NCBI GenBank assembly: GCA_001795695.1
Contig: MGKO01000006.1
Location: forward strand, 1,828 to 46,828
Source of the DNA: Candidatus Yanofskybacteria bacterium RIFCSPLOWO2_01_FULL_49_17
Lineage (GTDB): Bacteria; Patescibacteriota; Minisyncoccia; 2-02-FULL-40-12; GWA2-44-9
DNA length: 45,001 nucleotides
Direction of reading: 5' to 3'
Shown here: positions 28,729-38,900 of the stretch, one piece after another
How positions within the stretch are numbered: position 1 is the stretch's first letter
How the letters are laid out: every line of letters starts with the position of its first letter
Position numbers and translations under genes: made by a program
The notes under the pieces: model-generated
Databases searched by the model: none
Told to the model about the DNA's origin: nothing
Seen by the model: only the letters and a program-made list of their open reading frames with translations

Positions 28729-29858
28729 ATCAATTTCATTAATTCGTCCGCGTAATTCTTGACTAACTCCTTCCGGCTGAATATTTTTACGGTTTCAGGG
28801 CCGGCTGATTTTAACTTTTTCTGCAGATCATCGTCCTTTAGCAGGCCGGCGACGGCTTCGGCTATAGATTCGGGCTCCCAGCCGCAAAAGATCCCGTTCT
28901 CTCCGTCGCGGATGATGTCCAGCATTACGCCGACCCGGGTTGTCACGACCGGCAGGCCGCAGGCCATCGCTTCAAGAGCGACTCGGGGTCCGCCCTCGTT
29001 CAAGGATGGGTTCACGAAGATACGGGCTTTGTTCATGGCTTGGGCGACCGCGCTCTGGTCCTTCAGCCAGCCGGAAAAGATGACATTGTCCCGCAGGCCC
29101 AATTTTTTGATATCCTTTTCTGTTCTGCTCCGAAGCGGACCGGAACCGATGACCAACAGTGAAATGCTTGGTTTGTCTTTTTTCAGGATAGATACGGCTT
29201 TGACCAGATTTTGAATGCCTTTGTTCGCTTCTAGCCGGGCCGCGTAAACCAGATCGAACCTTGTATTTGCCGGAACCGGTTTAAAAATATCCAGGTCAAT
29301 GTAGAATGCCGGGATATAGATGATCTTACTTTCAGGCACGCCGGCCGCGGTCAGATATTTTTTTGTCTGCTTGCGGTTTATCACCCTTACCGCCCGGGCC
29401 GACTGCGCGTCAAAGCCGATAAAAAAGCGGGTGAGCCACCTGTATATCGTCTCCTTCGGGCCAGCCGCTTGAGGCAAGCCGGGAATATGCATTATTTCAA
29501 GGATATAAGGAACGCCGGTGAAGAGGTGGACTAGTTTAGCCCCGATGCCATTATAAAATGGAGGGTATTCATGAACGGTCATAAGGTAGTTATTAGCTGC
29601 TAGCGAATAGCCACTAGTTTTCAGAATCTGAAAACCTTGATAAAATATCCAGAAAGGTTGGAACAGTAGTGGCCAGGGAGAAGGGTGAATAAATACATTA
29701 TCGAATAATTTTAAATTTTTAATTTTTAATTTTGAAACTTTCGGACAAACAATGTCTATTCTATCCCAATATTTATGAAACTCTTCAAGAGTATTATAAA
29801 AAGCGCCGTGCTTGCCAGCCACTAATGCCCGGTCACCGGTTATCATCAGTAATTTCAT
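28725..29858 (-). CDS. GT4 glycosyltransferase
   Basis: ARLEANKG and EGGPRVALEAMACG; carries two heptamer-repeat segments. Confidence 0.9.
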   Translation of the reverse strand: MKLLMITGDRALVAGKHGAFYNTLEEFHKYWDRIDIVCPKVSKLKIKNLKLFDNVFIHPSPWPLLFQPFWIFYQGFQILKTSGYSLAANNYLMTVHEYPPFYNGIGAKLVHLFTGVPYILEIMHIPGLPQAAGPKETIYRWLTRFFIGFDAQSARAVRVINRKQTKKYLTAAGVPESKIIYIPAFYIDLDIFKPVPANTRFDLVYAARLEANKGIQNLVKAVSILKKDKPSISLLVIGSGPLRSRTEKDIKKLGLRDNVIFSGWLKDQSAVAQAMNKARIFVNPSLNEGGPRVALEAMACGLPVVTTRVGVMLDIIRDGENGIFCGWEPESIAEAVAGLLKDDDLQKKLKSAGPETVKIFSRKELVKNYADELMKLI

Positions 29859-29885
29859 ATAAAATTTCTAATTGATTTATTTAGG

Positions 29886-31061
29886 TCAATTAGGTAAATT
29901 CGTTAAGATGCTAATGGTTTCTTTGAACATTTTTTCGGCGGTGAAATATGATACCGTTTTTTTACCTTCTTTAATAAAATACTCGCGTGTTTCCGGACTG
30001 TTCCAAAGCGAACGGACGGCCTCAATGATATTGAATTCGTCGTTATATCTGACCATAAAGCCGTTCTCGCCTTGATGGATGACCTCGCGATTTCCTCCCG
30101 ACGCGCTGGCAATGACCGGCACCCCGGCCGTCATCGCTTCCAATATCTGATGGGAGAATCCCTCATAGCCGCTGTTTAATACGACGATATCGGAGGCGGC
30201 CAGATAGTCAGCCACCTCCCTATGATTTTTCTTCCCGGCCAAAATCACTTTTCTGCCTAAGCCAAGATTTCTTATCATTGTATCAAGTGCCTGTCGGTCC
30301 GGGCCGTCGCCAACAATTACCAAGCGGAAAAACGAGTTAATCTCCGTCAGGCGAGGCATTATTTTGATGAGCATCCGAAAGCCCTTCCACGGCACCAGAC
30401 GGCCCCAAGTAAAAAGAATATTGCCGGTAATGCCAAGCTTTTTGCGCGCTTCCTCTTTGGACAATTCCGACCCTTTGAAATCAACGCCGTTATAAATGAT
30501 TTTTATTTTTTCAGCCGGAATACCCCACCCTTTGACGATGCCAGCCAAATATTCGGAAGGCACGATGACGGCATGGGCTCCTTTGCACAATTGGAACTGC
30601 AACTTATGCAAAATAGCCGTCCATCCTTTCCGCTTAATTTTCTGAAAATCATTGAGCATAAGAGAGGTTCGCCCGGTATTAATGGCCCGCTCCCAGGCGG
30701 CATCCCCGACTACTTTGACCACGAATTTTTTATTATGGAACCGGGCGGCCAATCGGGCTGGCATTCCGGCACTGATGGCATTAAGCGCGAAAACTACGCG
30801 AGCATCTCGCGTTTGACCCAATATTTTAAACAAATAGATGAGGTGCTTAATGCCCTTGGGCCATCTAGACCAAACGCGCACGACTCTAAAACTAAGATCG
30901 TCATCCTGTGGAGAGTTCCAGACAGAGGAATAGGTGACAACCGTGACCGGCTCTATCTTCGCTAATCTCGCGGCCAGTGTTCTTGCATAAGAAGCCGGAC
31001 CGCCGATATCAGGCGCGAAAATACCGGTCGCAATCAATATCCCTTTTGGTGTGTTAATCAT
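29886..31061 (-). CDS. GT4 glycosyltransferase
   Basis: PDIGGPA, GRLVPWKG and EGFSHQILEAM. Start moved to MINTPKG, which overlaps the upstream stop. Confidence 0.9.
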   Translation of the reverse strand: MINTPKGILIATGIFAPDIGGPASYARTLAARLAKIEPVTVVTYSSVWNSPQDDDLSFRVVRVWSRWPKGIKHLIYLFKILGQTRDARVVFALNAISAGMPARLAARFHNKKFVVKVVGDAAWERAINTGRTSLMLNDFQKIKRKGWTAILHKLQFQLCKGAHAVIVPSEYLAGIVKGWGIPAEKIKIIYNGVDFKGSELSKEEARKKLGITGNILFTWGRLVPWKGFRMLIKIMPRLTEINSFFRLVIVGDGPDRQALDTMIRNLGLGRKVILAGKKNHREVADYLAASDIVVLNSGYEGFSHQILEAMTAGVPVIASASGGNREVIHQGENGFMVRYNDEFNIIEAVRSLWNSPETREYFIKEGKKTVSYFTAEKMFKETISILTNLPN

Positions 31062-32193
31062 GGTAAATGTTCGCGAATTGGCCTGCAATCTTATTCCAGT
31101 CATAGGACACGTGAACCATCTCTCGACCAGCCCTGCCAAGCCGTTCCCTAAGCCCTGAATCGGTCAGTAGCGCCCTTATTTTATCGGCTATGTCATTTGG
31201 GTCGCCAGAACGACACATCAACCCGGTCTGGCCATCATGAATAATATCAGGAATCCCTCCCACCGGCGTGCCGATCACCGGCAGGCCACAAGCCATCGCT
31301 TCTAAAAAGGCGGTGCCCAGACCTTCGGACAACGACGGACGGACAAAAATATCGGCTGCCGACAAATAACGAGAAAGTTCTTCATGGGCAACTTGACCGG
31401 CCAGGCGAATACTGCCTTCCAATTTTAAATTTTTAATTTTTAATTTTAATTTTTCTTTCAATGAACCTTCGCCGATGATTACTAGCTTAGCTGTGGGAAT
31501 ATCTTTTTTCACTAGCGCGAACGCGTCAACAAGGTCGGCCAGGCCGTTCTTTTCAACTAACCTGGAAACGGTGATTATTATTTTTTCATTAGAAATTTGT
31601 CTCGCTTCGCGAGATCTGGCAGGGCCAGAGAATTTTTTTAGATCCACGCCATTGGGTATCAGGGTTATGACCGCCCGATGATTTATTTTTGCCGCATATT
31701 CTTTCAAATACCGGCTGATAACGGTTATGGAATCGGCCGAACGGACCATGATATCGCGGAAAAAGTTAAGGAACCAGCCCTGGCCCTTGAGATTCTTGCC
31801 TTCCTGAATGGTCAATATGAACTTGACCCGCGGGTGAAATAATTTAAACAGCCAAGCGGCTCCTCCGGCCTGGGAGGCCTGATAGGCATGGATGATTTCA
31901 TATCGGAACTTGCGGTGCAGTGACACTGCTTTAAAGAACGCCGAGATGGGAAAGAAATTCTTAGGCAATAAAAAACGAGCTAGAGTGAAAGAATTGCCTA
32001 TCCGATAAATATTGGTATTGTCCTGCGTTTCAGCCGGTGCCCGCTCGGGAGCAAACCGACCTTGGCTGTCAGCCCGACTGGTAATTATGTCAAACTCAAT
32101 ATCCGGCAGACGTTTGGTTATCTCTCTGATGGCAAGTTCGGAGCCGCCAATGTTTGGCAGGTAGGAAGTGGTCAATATAAGAATACGATTCAT
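31054..32193 (-). CDS. GT4 glycosyltransferase, first gene of the long minus-strand operon
   Basis: PNIGGSE, SRLVEKNG and EGLGTAFLEAMACG. Confidence 0.92.
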   Translation of the reverse strand: MNRILILTTSYLPNIGGSELAIREITKRLPDIEFDIITSRADSQGRFAPERAPAETQDNTNIYRIGNSFTLARFLLPKNFFPISAFFKAVSLHRKFRYEIIHAYQASQAGGAAWLFKLFHPRVKFILTIQEGKNLKGQGWFLNFFRDIMVRSADSITVISRYLKEYAAKINHRAVITLIPNGVDLKKFSGPARSREARQISNEKIIITVSRLVEKNGLADLVDAFALVKKDIPTAKLVIIGEGSLKEKLKLKIKNLKLEGSIRLAGQVAHEELSRYLSAADIFVRPSLSEGLGTAFLEAMACGLPVIGTPVGGIPDIIHDGQTGLMCRSGDPNDIADKIRALLTDSGLRERLGRAGREMVHVSYDWNKIAGQFANIYHD

Positions 32194-32299
32194 CCCGTTA
32201 GAAATAATACAATCTGTCCACCGCTCTGAGGCGGTGGCTGACTTGGTTTATTTGGCGGTTAATTAATATTTTATTATTGTTTGTTATTTCTAACGGGAT
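32192..32299. repeat. 108-bp element bounded by perfect 16-bp inverted repeats (MITE-like or invertible segment)
   Basis: ATCCCGTTAGAAATAA (32192-32207) and TTATTTCTAACGGGAT (32284-32299); internal hairpin CCACCGC/GCGGTGG (32218-32237). Confidence 0.8.
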
Positions 32300-32335
32300 T
32301 GATTTTTGGGCCATTTTGTGCTAATTTTGACACAA

Positions 32336-33538
32336 ATGGCCGAAAAAATCAATCTTTCTCAGTCCCCCAAAAATACCCCCAAAAAGCGGGCCAAAAAGCG
32401 GGTTTTATTCATTATTACCCAATCAGAATTCGGCGGCGCCCAGAGATTCATCTATGAGGTCCTTCGCCAGCTGGTCCGCGGTCATTATCAGCTGATGTTG
32501 GCGGTCGGTCGGGATGGCGACGGTTCTCTCATCCGTCTGACCTCGGCTTTAGGCGTGGACACAGTCACTCTTACCTGTCTGCGACGGAATATCCGCCCCG
32601 TTCAGGACATTTTGGCGATAAGAGAGGTCAAAAAGATAATAGGATCGTTCTTGCCTGACACGCTTTTTCTTAACAGCTCTAAGGCCGGTTTTATCGGTTC
32701 TTTGGCCGCCCGCCTTTTAAAGTTCAGCCGGCGGCCAAAGGTCATCTACCGCATCGGCGGTTGGACATTCAATGACCCTTGGCCATTATGGAAAAAGCGG
32801 CTCTGGATAATTTTGGAGAAAATAAGCGCCCGCTGGAAGGATATCATCATCGTAAACAACAGGTCGGATTACGAACAGGCCAGACACCTCGGCATCAAGC
32901 CGAGGAAGGAATTGATTCTCGTACATAACGGCATAGATCCCTACCGAATAGATTTTTTCAACAAAGCTGAAGCAAGGACAAAGTTATTGGCCATGTTGCC
33001 AACTGAACGAGCTCAAAAAACAAAGAGGATTGTCGGCACTATCGCCAATCTATATCCCGCAAAAGGGTTGGAAGACCTCGTCCGAGCCGCGGCCTTAGAT
33101 GAAGACGACTCTGCTGTCTATATGATAATCGGCGACGGAATGGAGAGAAAAAAACTGGAGCAGCTGATCATAGATTCTGGCTTAACAGAAAAAGTTTATA
33201 TACTGGGACGGTTTGAAAACGCGGCTCGATATCTGCCTGGGTTTGATATATTCGTCTTATCTTCGCACAAAGAGGGCTTCCCCTGGGCGGTTCTTGAGGC
33301 GATGTCGGCCAAGCTGCCTGTTGTCGCCACCAAAGTCGGAGCGATACCGGAGATAATTGAGGACGGCGTTAACGGTTTTATCGTTCCGGCAAGGAACCCC
33401 GCGGCCATTGCCGATAAAATAAATCTGCTGGCCAATAACGAACTCTTGACAAACACTATGAGCGTAGCGGCCCATCAGGCGGTGGTGCTTAAGTTTTCCT
33501 TAGAACATATGGCTGGTCAGATAGAATCTCTTCTATAG
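32336..33538 (+). CDS. GT4 glycosyltransferase
   Basis: GGAQR, SSKAG, IANLYPAKG and EGFPWAVLEAM. Start moved to MAEKIN, just after TTGATT-17-TAATTT. Confidence 0.9.
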   Translation: MAEKINLSQSPKNTPKKRAKKRVLFIITQSEFGGAQRFIYEVLRQLVRGHYQLMLAVGRDGDGSLIRLTSALGVDTVTLTCLRRNIRPVQDILAIREVKKIIGSFLPDTLFLNSSKAGFIGSLAARLLKFSRRPKVIYRIGGWTFNDPWPLWKKRLWIILEKISARWKDIIIVNNRSDYEQARHLGIKPRKELILVHNGIDPYRIDFFNKAEARTKLLAMLPTERAQKTKRIVGTIANLYPAKGLEDLVRAAALDEDDSAVYMIIGDGMERKKLEQLIIDSGLTEKVYILGRFENAARYLPGFDIFVLSSHKEGFPWAVLEAMSAKLPVVATKVGAIPEIIEDGVNGFIVPARNPAAIADKINLLANNELLTNTMSVAAHQAVVLKFSLEHMAGQIESLL

Positions 33539-35263
33539 CTGTTTCTCCAAGCCCTCTATTCGCTGAATATTAACATTTGATGGGGCCGCTTCCTGTAGCT
33601 TTTTAAGGACTCTCAAGGCCTCGGCTATTTTATTTTCTGAAAGATAGATAGCGGCAATATTCTCGTAAGCATAATGGAAACGGGTGTCAGCCGAGATGGC
33701 TTTTTGGTACCATTCAATGGCGTTTCTTAAATCTCCGCTGTCTCTTATTATATTGCCGATATTGTAATACGGCGCGGGTTGGCCCGGATCAACTTCTATT
33801 GCCCGCTCATAATAAGGCCGGGCCAGCTTATTGCGGCCATGGTCTGAATACCAGTTGCCTAGGTTGTTCAGAACTCTGACATCATCCGGTTCGTATTTCA
33901 ATATATTCTGATAGAACGCTTCCGTGTCACCCCACAATATGTTCTGGCGGATGGTTTGGACGCCTAAGAATCCGAAATAGCCGACCAGGACGATGACGGC
34001 CAGCGGCAAAAGAGCCGCTTTTTTGTTTTTTATCAGCGTCAGAAATTTGTCTAAATAAAATCCGACAATAAGACCGACTCCGGCCAATGAGAAATATAGC
34101 CAATGCTCGTAGATACGGGCATTGATGGGCACAATGCCCATCGTCGGTCCCAGGGCGATAAAAAAGAGACCAAAACCAAATAACCAGATTCGAAAATTCC
34201 AAGCACCAAGCTCCAAATTCCAATTTTTTGAATTTTTATATTTTGGATTTGTTTGGGATTTGAAATTTAGGATTTGGAATTTAACTTCATTTTTATATAA
34301 TCGCCAACCAATCAGAGCAATGATCATGATAACTAAAATACCTAATAACACCTGATAATCTAAAAATGAAGTATGGACCGGGACATCCCTATCCATATGC
34401 AGACCAGTGGGCCAGATAATGAGCCAGAAATAAACCAGCAGGGTGTGAAAGAATGTGTACACCCTAACTGAGAGGTGGGCGCTATACACATTAACCTGAT
34501 TGTAGAAGTTGAGGGTATTCTGGAAATTTAAAACCGTAAGTCGCAGCAATCCGTATAAAATGGATATGCCGATATAAGGCCATACAGCCAGAATCGCCTG
34601 TCTTATCCGCCTCCATAGAGTGCCCTGGTATTCAAACGTAATGAGCGCCAGAACCAGATAGGCCGGGAACAGGACAGCGGTCTCACGGGATAGAATGGCC
34701 AAAACTTGAAGCAAGAAGCTGGAAGCGAGAAGCAAAGAATTTTTACTTTTCTGATACTTTAAGTAAGCGACTATCCCAAAAAGCATGAGGAAGACCGACA
34801 GTGGGTCGCCGCGGCCAGAGATATATGTGACCGCTTCGGTCTGAAGCGGATGAACCAGAAAAATAAGCGCGGCCAGGAACGCGGCGCGGCTGCTTTTCAG
34901 CCACCGGCTGGCTAGATAAAAAATAAGCAAACCGTTGGCCAGATGGATAAGATCGCTTACCAAATGATATGAAGTTGGGGAAGAACCGGAAACTAAATAA
35001 TTTCCTAGAAAAGTGAGAAATAAAATCGGACGATAGTAATTGGAAACCAAGCCGATGCCCGCCAGGGCATCGTGAGTAAAAAGGAACTTGACATTGGACC
35101 AGGTCAGCGCGCGGACAGCGGGATTATTGAGTATCCAATCAGCGTCATCCCAAAACAGCGTATTGCGCAGGTTGGGTAGATAGAGAATCACACCGACAAC
35201 TGTCAGCGCTAAAATATGGCCTAAGTTGTCGCGCAAGAATGAGATGCTTGCTCCCTTAGCCAT
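33533..35263 (-). CDS. TMTC-like GT-C membrane glycosyltransferase with C-terminal TPR repeats (putative protein O-mannosyltransferase)
   Basis: FWDD...NN, YYRP, HPLQTEAVTYISGR, SRETA, YEHWLY and Q..LW, followed by three TPR-like repeats (NNLGN, YNIGN, ENIAA). Confidence 0.85.
   Translation of the reverse strand: MAKGASISFLRDNLGHILALTVVGVILYLPNLRNTLFWDDADWILNNPAVRALTWSNVKFLFTHDALAGIGLVSNYYRPILFLTFLGNYLVSGSSPTSYHLVSDLIHLANGLLIFYLASRWLKSSRAAFLAALIFLVHPLQTEAVTYISGRGDPLSVFLMLFGIVAYLKYQKSKNSLLLASSFLLQVLAILSRETAVLFPAYLVLALITFEYQGTLWRRIRQAILAVWPYIGISILYGLLRLTVLNFQNTLNFYNQVNVYSAHLSVRVYTFFHTLLVYFWLIIWPTGLHMDRDVPVHTSFLDYQVLLGILVIMIIALIGWRLYKNEVKFQILNFKSQTNPKYKNSKNWNLELGAWNFRIWLFGFGLFFIALGPTMGIVPINARIYEHWLYFSLAGVGLIVGFYLDKFLTLIKNKKAALLPLAVIVLVGYFGFLGVQTIRQNILWGDTEAFYQNILKYEPDDVRVLNNLGNWYSDHGRNKLARPYYERAIEVDPGQPAPYYNIGNIIRDSGDLRNAIEWYQKAISADTRFHYAYENIAAIYLSENKIAEALRVLKKLQEAAPSNVNIQRIEGLEKQL
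34194..34282. repeat. Imperfect palindrome built of heptamer repeats, in-frame inside the TMTC-like gene
   Basis: Left arm AAATTCCAAGCACCAAGCTCCAAATTCCAA; right arm TTGGGATTTGAAATTTAGGATTTGGAATTT. Confidence 0.7.
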
Positions 35264-35270
35264 GATGAAA

Positions 35271-35894
35271 TTAGGGAGCTATGCGTATCGCGTTAGGCAG
35301 GGTACTGACAGCGCCATCGATACTGGTAATGGAAATGTCCCAAGTGCCGTTATAACTATTCTGGACGGTGGTAATGATAGTCCGGTCATCCTGAACATTT
35401 GTCGCATAAGTTACCGGCCAGGATACCGTTCCGATCTTAATAGAAGCTATTTGGTTGATACTATTAACGATAAAATTAGAACCGTAAAGCCTGATCTGGT
35501 CGCCATATTTAACCGTAGTCGGTGGATATACCGGATAGACAGATATTATAATCGGTTCCGGAACAGGCGTAGCAGTCGGACTCGGGGTTGGCGTGGTAAG
35601 TACCGGAGTGGCCGTTGGCGACGCGGTAGCTACCGGAGATGGCGTCGCGGTCACTGTCGGCGTCGGCATAGGTGTTTTTGAAGGAGTCGGGGTCTTTATC
35701 GGGGTCTTGGCAGGCGCCAACGAAGGCCCGGCGGATTGAGTCGGCGGGCCAGAAACAGTGGCTGTCGTCATAGCGGCCGGACTTCGGGTCAAAGTGCTGG
35801 CAGGAGTTGGACCAGGTTGTGTCTGTCTGTTTGAAACAAAAAATACAGCCAGGATGACAATCAGTCCAGCAATATACCAAATAATTCTTTGCAT
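35271..35894 (-). CDS. Membrane-anchored Pro/Thr-rich protein with C-terminal IPT/TIG-like domain
   Basis: N-terminal TM, a (T/S)P-rich stalk, then PIIISVYP...GDQIRLYGSNF...GTWDISIT. ATG 35894 lies 6 nt after TGC-TATAAT. Confidence 0.75.
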   Translation of the reverse strand: MQRIIWYIAGLIVILAVFFVSNRQTQPGPTPASTLTRSPAAMTTATVSGPPTQSAGPSLAPAKTPIKTPTPSKTPMPTPTVTATPSPVATASPTATPVLTTPTPSPTATPVPEPIIISVYPVYPPTTVKYGDQIRLYGSNFIVNSINQIASIKIGTVSWPVTYATNVQDDRTIITTVQNSYNGTWDISITSIDGAVSTLPNAIRIAP

Positions 35895-35942
35895 GAGATA
35901 ATTATAGCATCTTATATAATAAATCAAGTATTAATTTCTAAT

Positions 35943-35974
35943 AACCAAAAACCGCCCGAAGGCGGTTTTTGGTT
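35943..35974 (-). terminator. Strong intrinsic terminator after the S-layer-like gene
   Basis: Perfect 14-bp inverted repeat AACCAAAAACCGCC/GGCGGTTTTTGGTT with a TTCG loop on the minus strand. Confidence 0.88.
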
Positions 35975-35997
35975 TGGTCTAACCAAGCAATTACAAG

Positions 35998-38900
35998 TTA
36001 CTTGGAGAGAACATCTGTCACAGCCAGACCAGTGAGCAAACCGTCGCCCATCCAGTCGCCCGTCGTGCCATCGGTGTTATGCGATGGAGCGGACGAGTCG
36101 GACCAGAGGAAGCTCGGATTTACGTCTGAACCCCAGCCATCGTTCGGACTGAACGAAGTGGCTATGGCTGCCGTGGCGAAGGTCGAGCCGCTCGGGTTGG
36201 CAATGCTGGTGACGATTGAATCGCCAGCCACATTTGCTCCGCCAACGTTGCCTCTTAACTCCAAGATTGTTGAAGTTCCAGCAGCAACTGACCTTTCATT
36301 GGCAAACACGAAGGCCACCGTTCCGGTACCAGCGCTGGCAACATTGAAGTTGTGGCTGGCCGTCGCGTAGCCGTACCCCGACAAGGCCGAGGTGGAAGCC
36401 GTGGAGGTGATGTTGACGCCATTCTCCCATAGCTGCCAGCCGCTTCCGGCAATGGTCGGATTGGCCGTGGCCGTCACCGTGAACGCGACTTTGCGCCACG
36501 TGATCGCGCCGCCGTTAGCAGTTACTTTCTGTTTGAACAGGGTCTGCGTGCCCGAGGCCAGTAGCGTTGAAGGCATGGCATCGCTACCAGTCGCTTTCGC
36601 GAATGATGGGTAGCCGCTAACCACGTAGTTGCTGTTGCCCTGATAAGTGGACGTGCTGACAACGCTCGTGGTAATAGTGCCCGCGCCGTTGCGGTACTTG
36701 AGGTGCGACAACTGGACCAGCACTAATCCGCCGGTATCGGTGCCGTACGAAGGACCGATATTGCTGAACAAGACATCAACCGTGTAGGTCTTGGTGCCGC
36801 CGGATAGCGGGATGGAGCGATTTACTCCCAGGAACGAGAGGGAGTTGGATACACCCGGATTACCGATATTGGCGCTACTAACAACCACTCCGTTTTCCTT
36901 CAAATATGCTGTACCTACCGCGTTAGATGACGACGCCACCGTTGACGAAAGCTTGAAGACAGCATCATCCAGCGTGAAGTTATCGTACTGCGGAGCCAAG
37001 GTGAAGGAATACACCGCCGCCTGCTGACCGCCTTGAATTACCTTGTTGGCCGGGATAGAACCATTGTTCAGGACCAATGAACCGGTGGCGCTGGTAATGG
37101 TCTGACCAGCCGCGTCATCCGCGGTCGTGGATGTGCTTGAATCCGTAGTCAAGCCCGAAGCGCCCAAGTTAGACACCATATTGGCCGTGCCGGTTGAAGA
37201 ACCGATATCGGCATAGGCATCAACTCTCCAGACCTTCGTCTTCGGAATGGTAAAGCTTAGCGAATAACTGTTGCTGGCGGTGCCGGAGATGGTTGACTTC
37301 GGCGTGGTCGTCAACACCAGCGAACCGGCGTCGTTGTATATCTTCAAGAAGACGTTGGTCATGTCGGCCGCTTGGAAAGCGCCGGTGTTGTTCTGGTTAG
37401 AGACGTCAAGGTTGATGGCATTGACGTTAACATTCTCTGAAGTAGCCGCCGTCAAGTTATACGAGCCGAACTTATATTGCGTTTGCGGAGTAACTATGGA
37501 CTGGTTTGCGTAGCCGGTGTACTTGGACACCGTGAACGAACCGGTCTTGATGGTCAGCGTGCTGCCGACCGTCGGGGCGGTGTTGCCGAAGTAGCCAAGC
37601 GATTTCACGCGCTGGACGTTGGACGAACCGGCGATGATCTGGGCAATGATGGTGTCATTGGCACTCGCGTTGTTCGTGCCAGTGTTATCGTAGATATCCG
37701 CTCGGACATCAACGATGCGCGGCGTGCCCGGAGTAACGATGAGCGATGAGCCCAAGTTATACTCGGTATACGCCGTGCCGGCGCTGCAGGATGCCGTTGT
37801 GGCAACTGAATCTTCGCAGAGAGACGCCAAAGAACCGATTTGATTGCCATCAGCATAGATGGCGCCGTTGCGCAGAGACATCAATGAATTGATATCCGTG
37901 CCGCCGGCCGTGAAGCTTGCTCTCAAATTCTCAAACTTCAACGGTTCGCCGAAGGCCTCAAACTTATAGGTCACTAGTTTTACCCCGGTCGCCGTGGCAA
38001 CGACGTCACCGGACGGTGAATCGTTGGCCTTGGTGATGGTTATAGTGCCCACGTTGATTGACTGCTCATAGGTGGCGTTCGGCGCGGATGCCGGGAAGGT
38101 GCCTGTGGCCAGGACTGCTTGTCCGTACTGCGAATCAACCACATAGATATCCGGCTTCTGACGGAGGGAAATGGTGAATTTCTTGTTGGAACCGCCGATC
38201 ACGTCACCGATCAATTTGATCTGACGAGTGCCGGCAGTCATCTTTACGCCGGAACCAAGGTCAAAGACCAGATAGCCGTTGGCGTCCTGTAGCGCGACAG
38301 CGGAACCGGCCTGCACGCCATCCACGTAGAGACGGAAGTTTCGCAGGTCACCGATGACCACTGAACCGATAACACGAAGCTGGAGCGACTTCAGCCATAC
38401 ATCCTGGTTGCCCACGGTGATGGAGCTCTGCCACATGTTGTAGTCATTCTGGGGGTCAAGGGTAACATCAGCGCTGGTACCGGCCGGCGTTGGCGCGCCG
38501 ACTGCCACCGTCGCGAAGTTGCTCGGCGCCGTCGCGATGGTCATCAAGTTACCCGACAAGCTCACGGCATTGCCGTTGAAGCTCGCGAGCTGAACACCAA
38601 CGGTCTGGCCGGAAGTTGAGCTAGCGATATCGGCCTTGACCGAGATGTTAGCTGAACCACTTACGGTGAACAAACCGCCTGTGTCGCTGAAGGTGATCTT
38701 GCCCTGCGACACGGTCGCGGAATCGGTAAGTCGCTTGGAACCGTTATACAGATAGACATTTGATAATGTGGTATCTGCCGAAACACCGACTCGGTTCAAG
38801 ACAAGGGTGGTGACTGTACCACTGCCGGTAAAGGCAAAGTGGGCCAGATCAGCAGAGGCCTGTCCGGCAATAAGGGTGTTGGAGGCCGGATTATCAGAGG

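Noticed and set aside
31062-31139. N-terminal extension of the 29886 GT4 ORF, and similar extensions at 25096, 32306, 35927, 39537 and 41381
   Set aside because: They overlap neighbouring genes or promoter elements; downstream ATGs fit overlap or leaderless patterns better.
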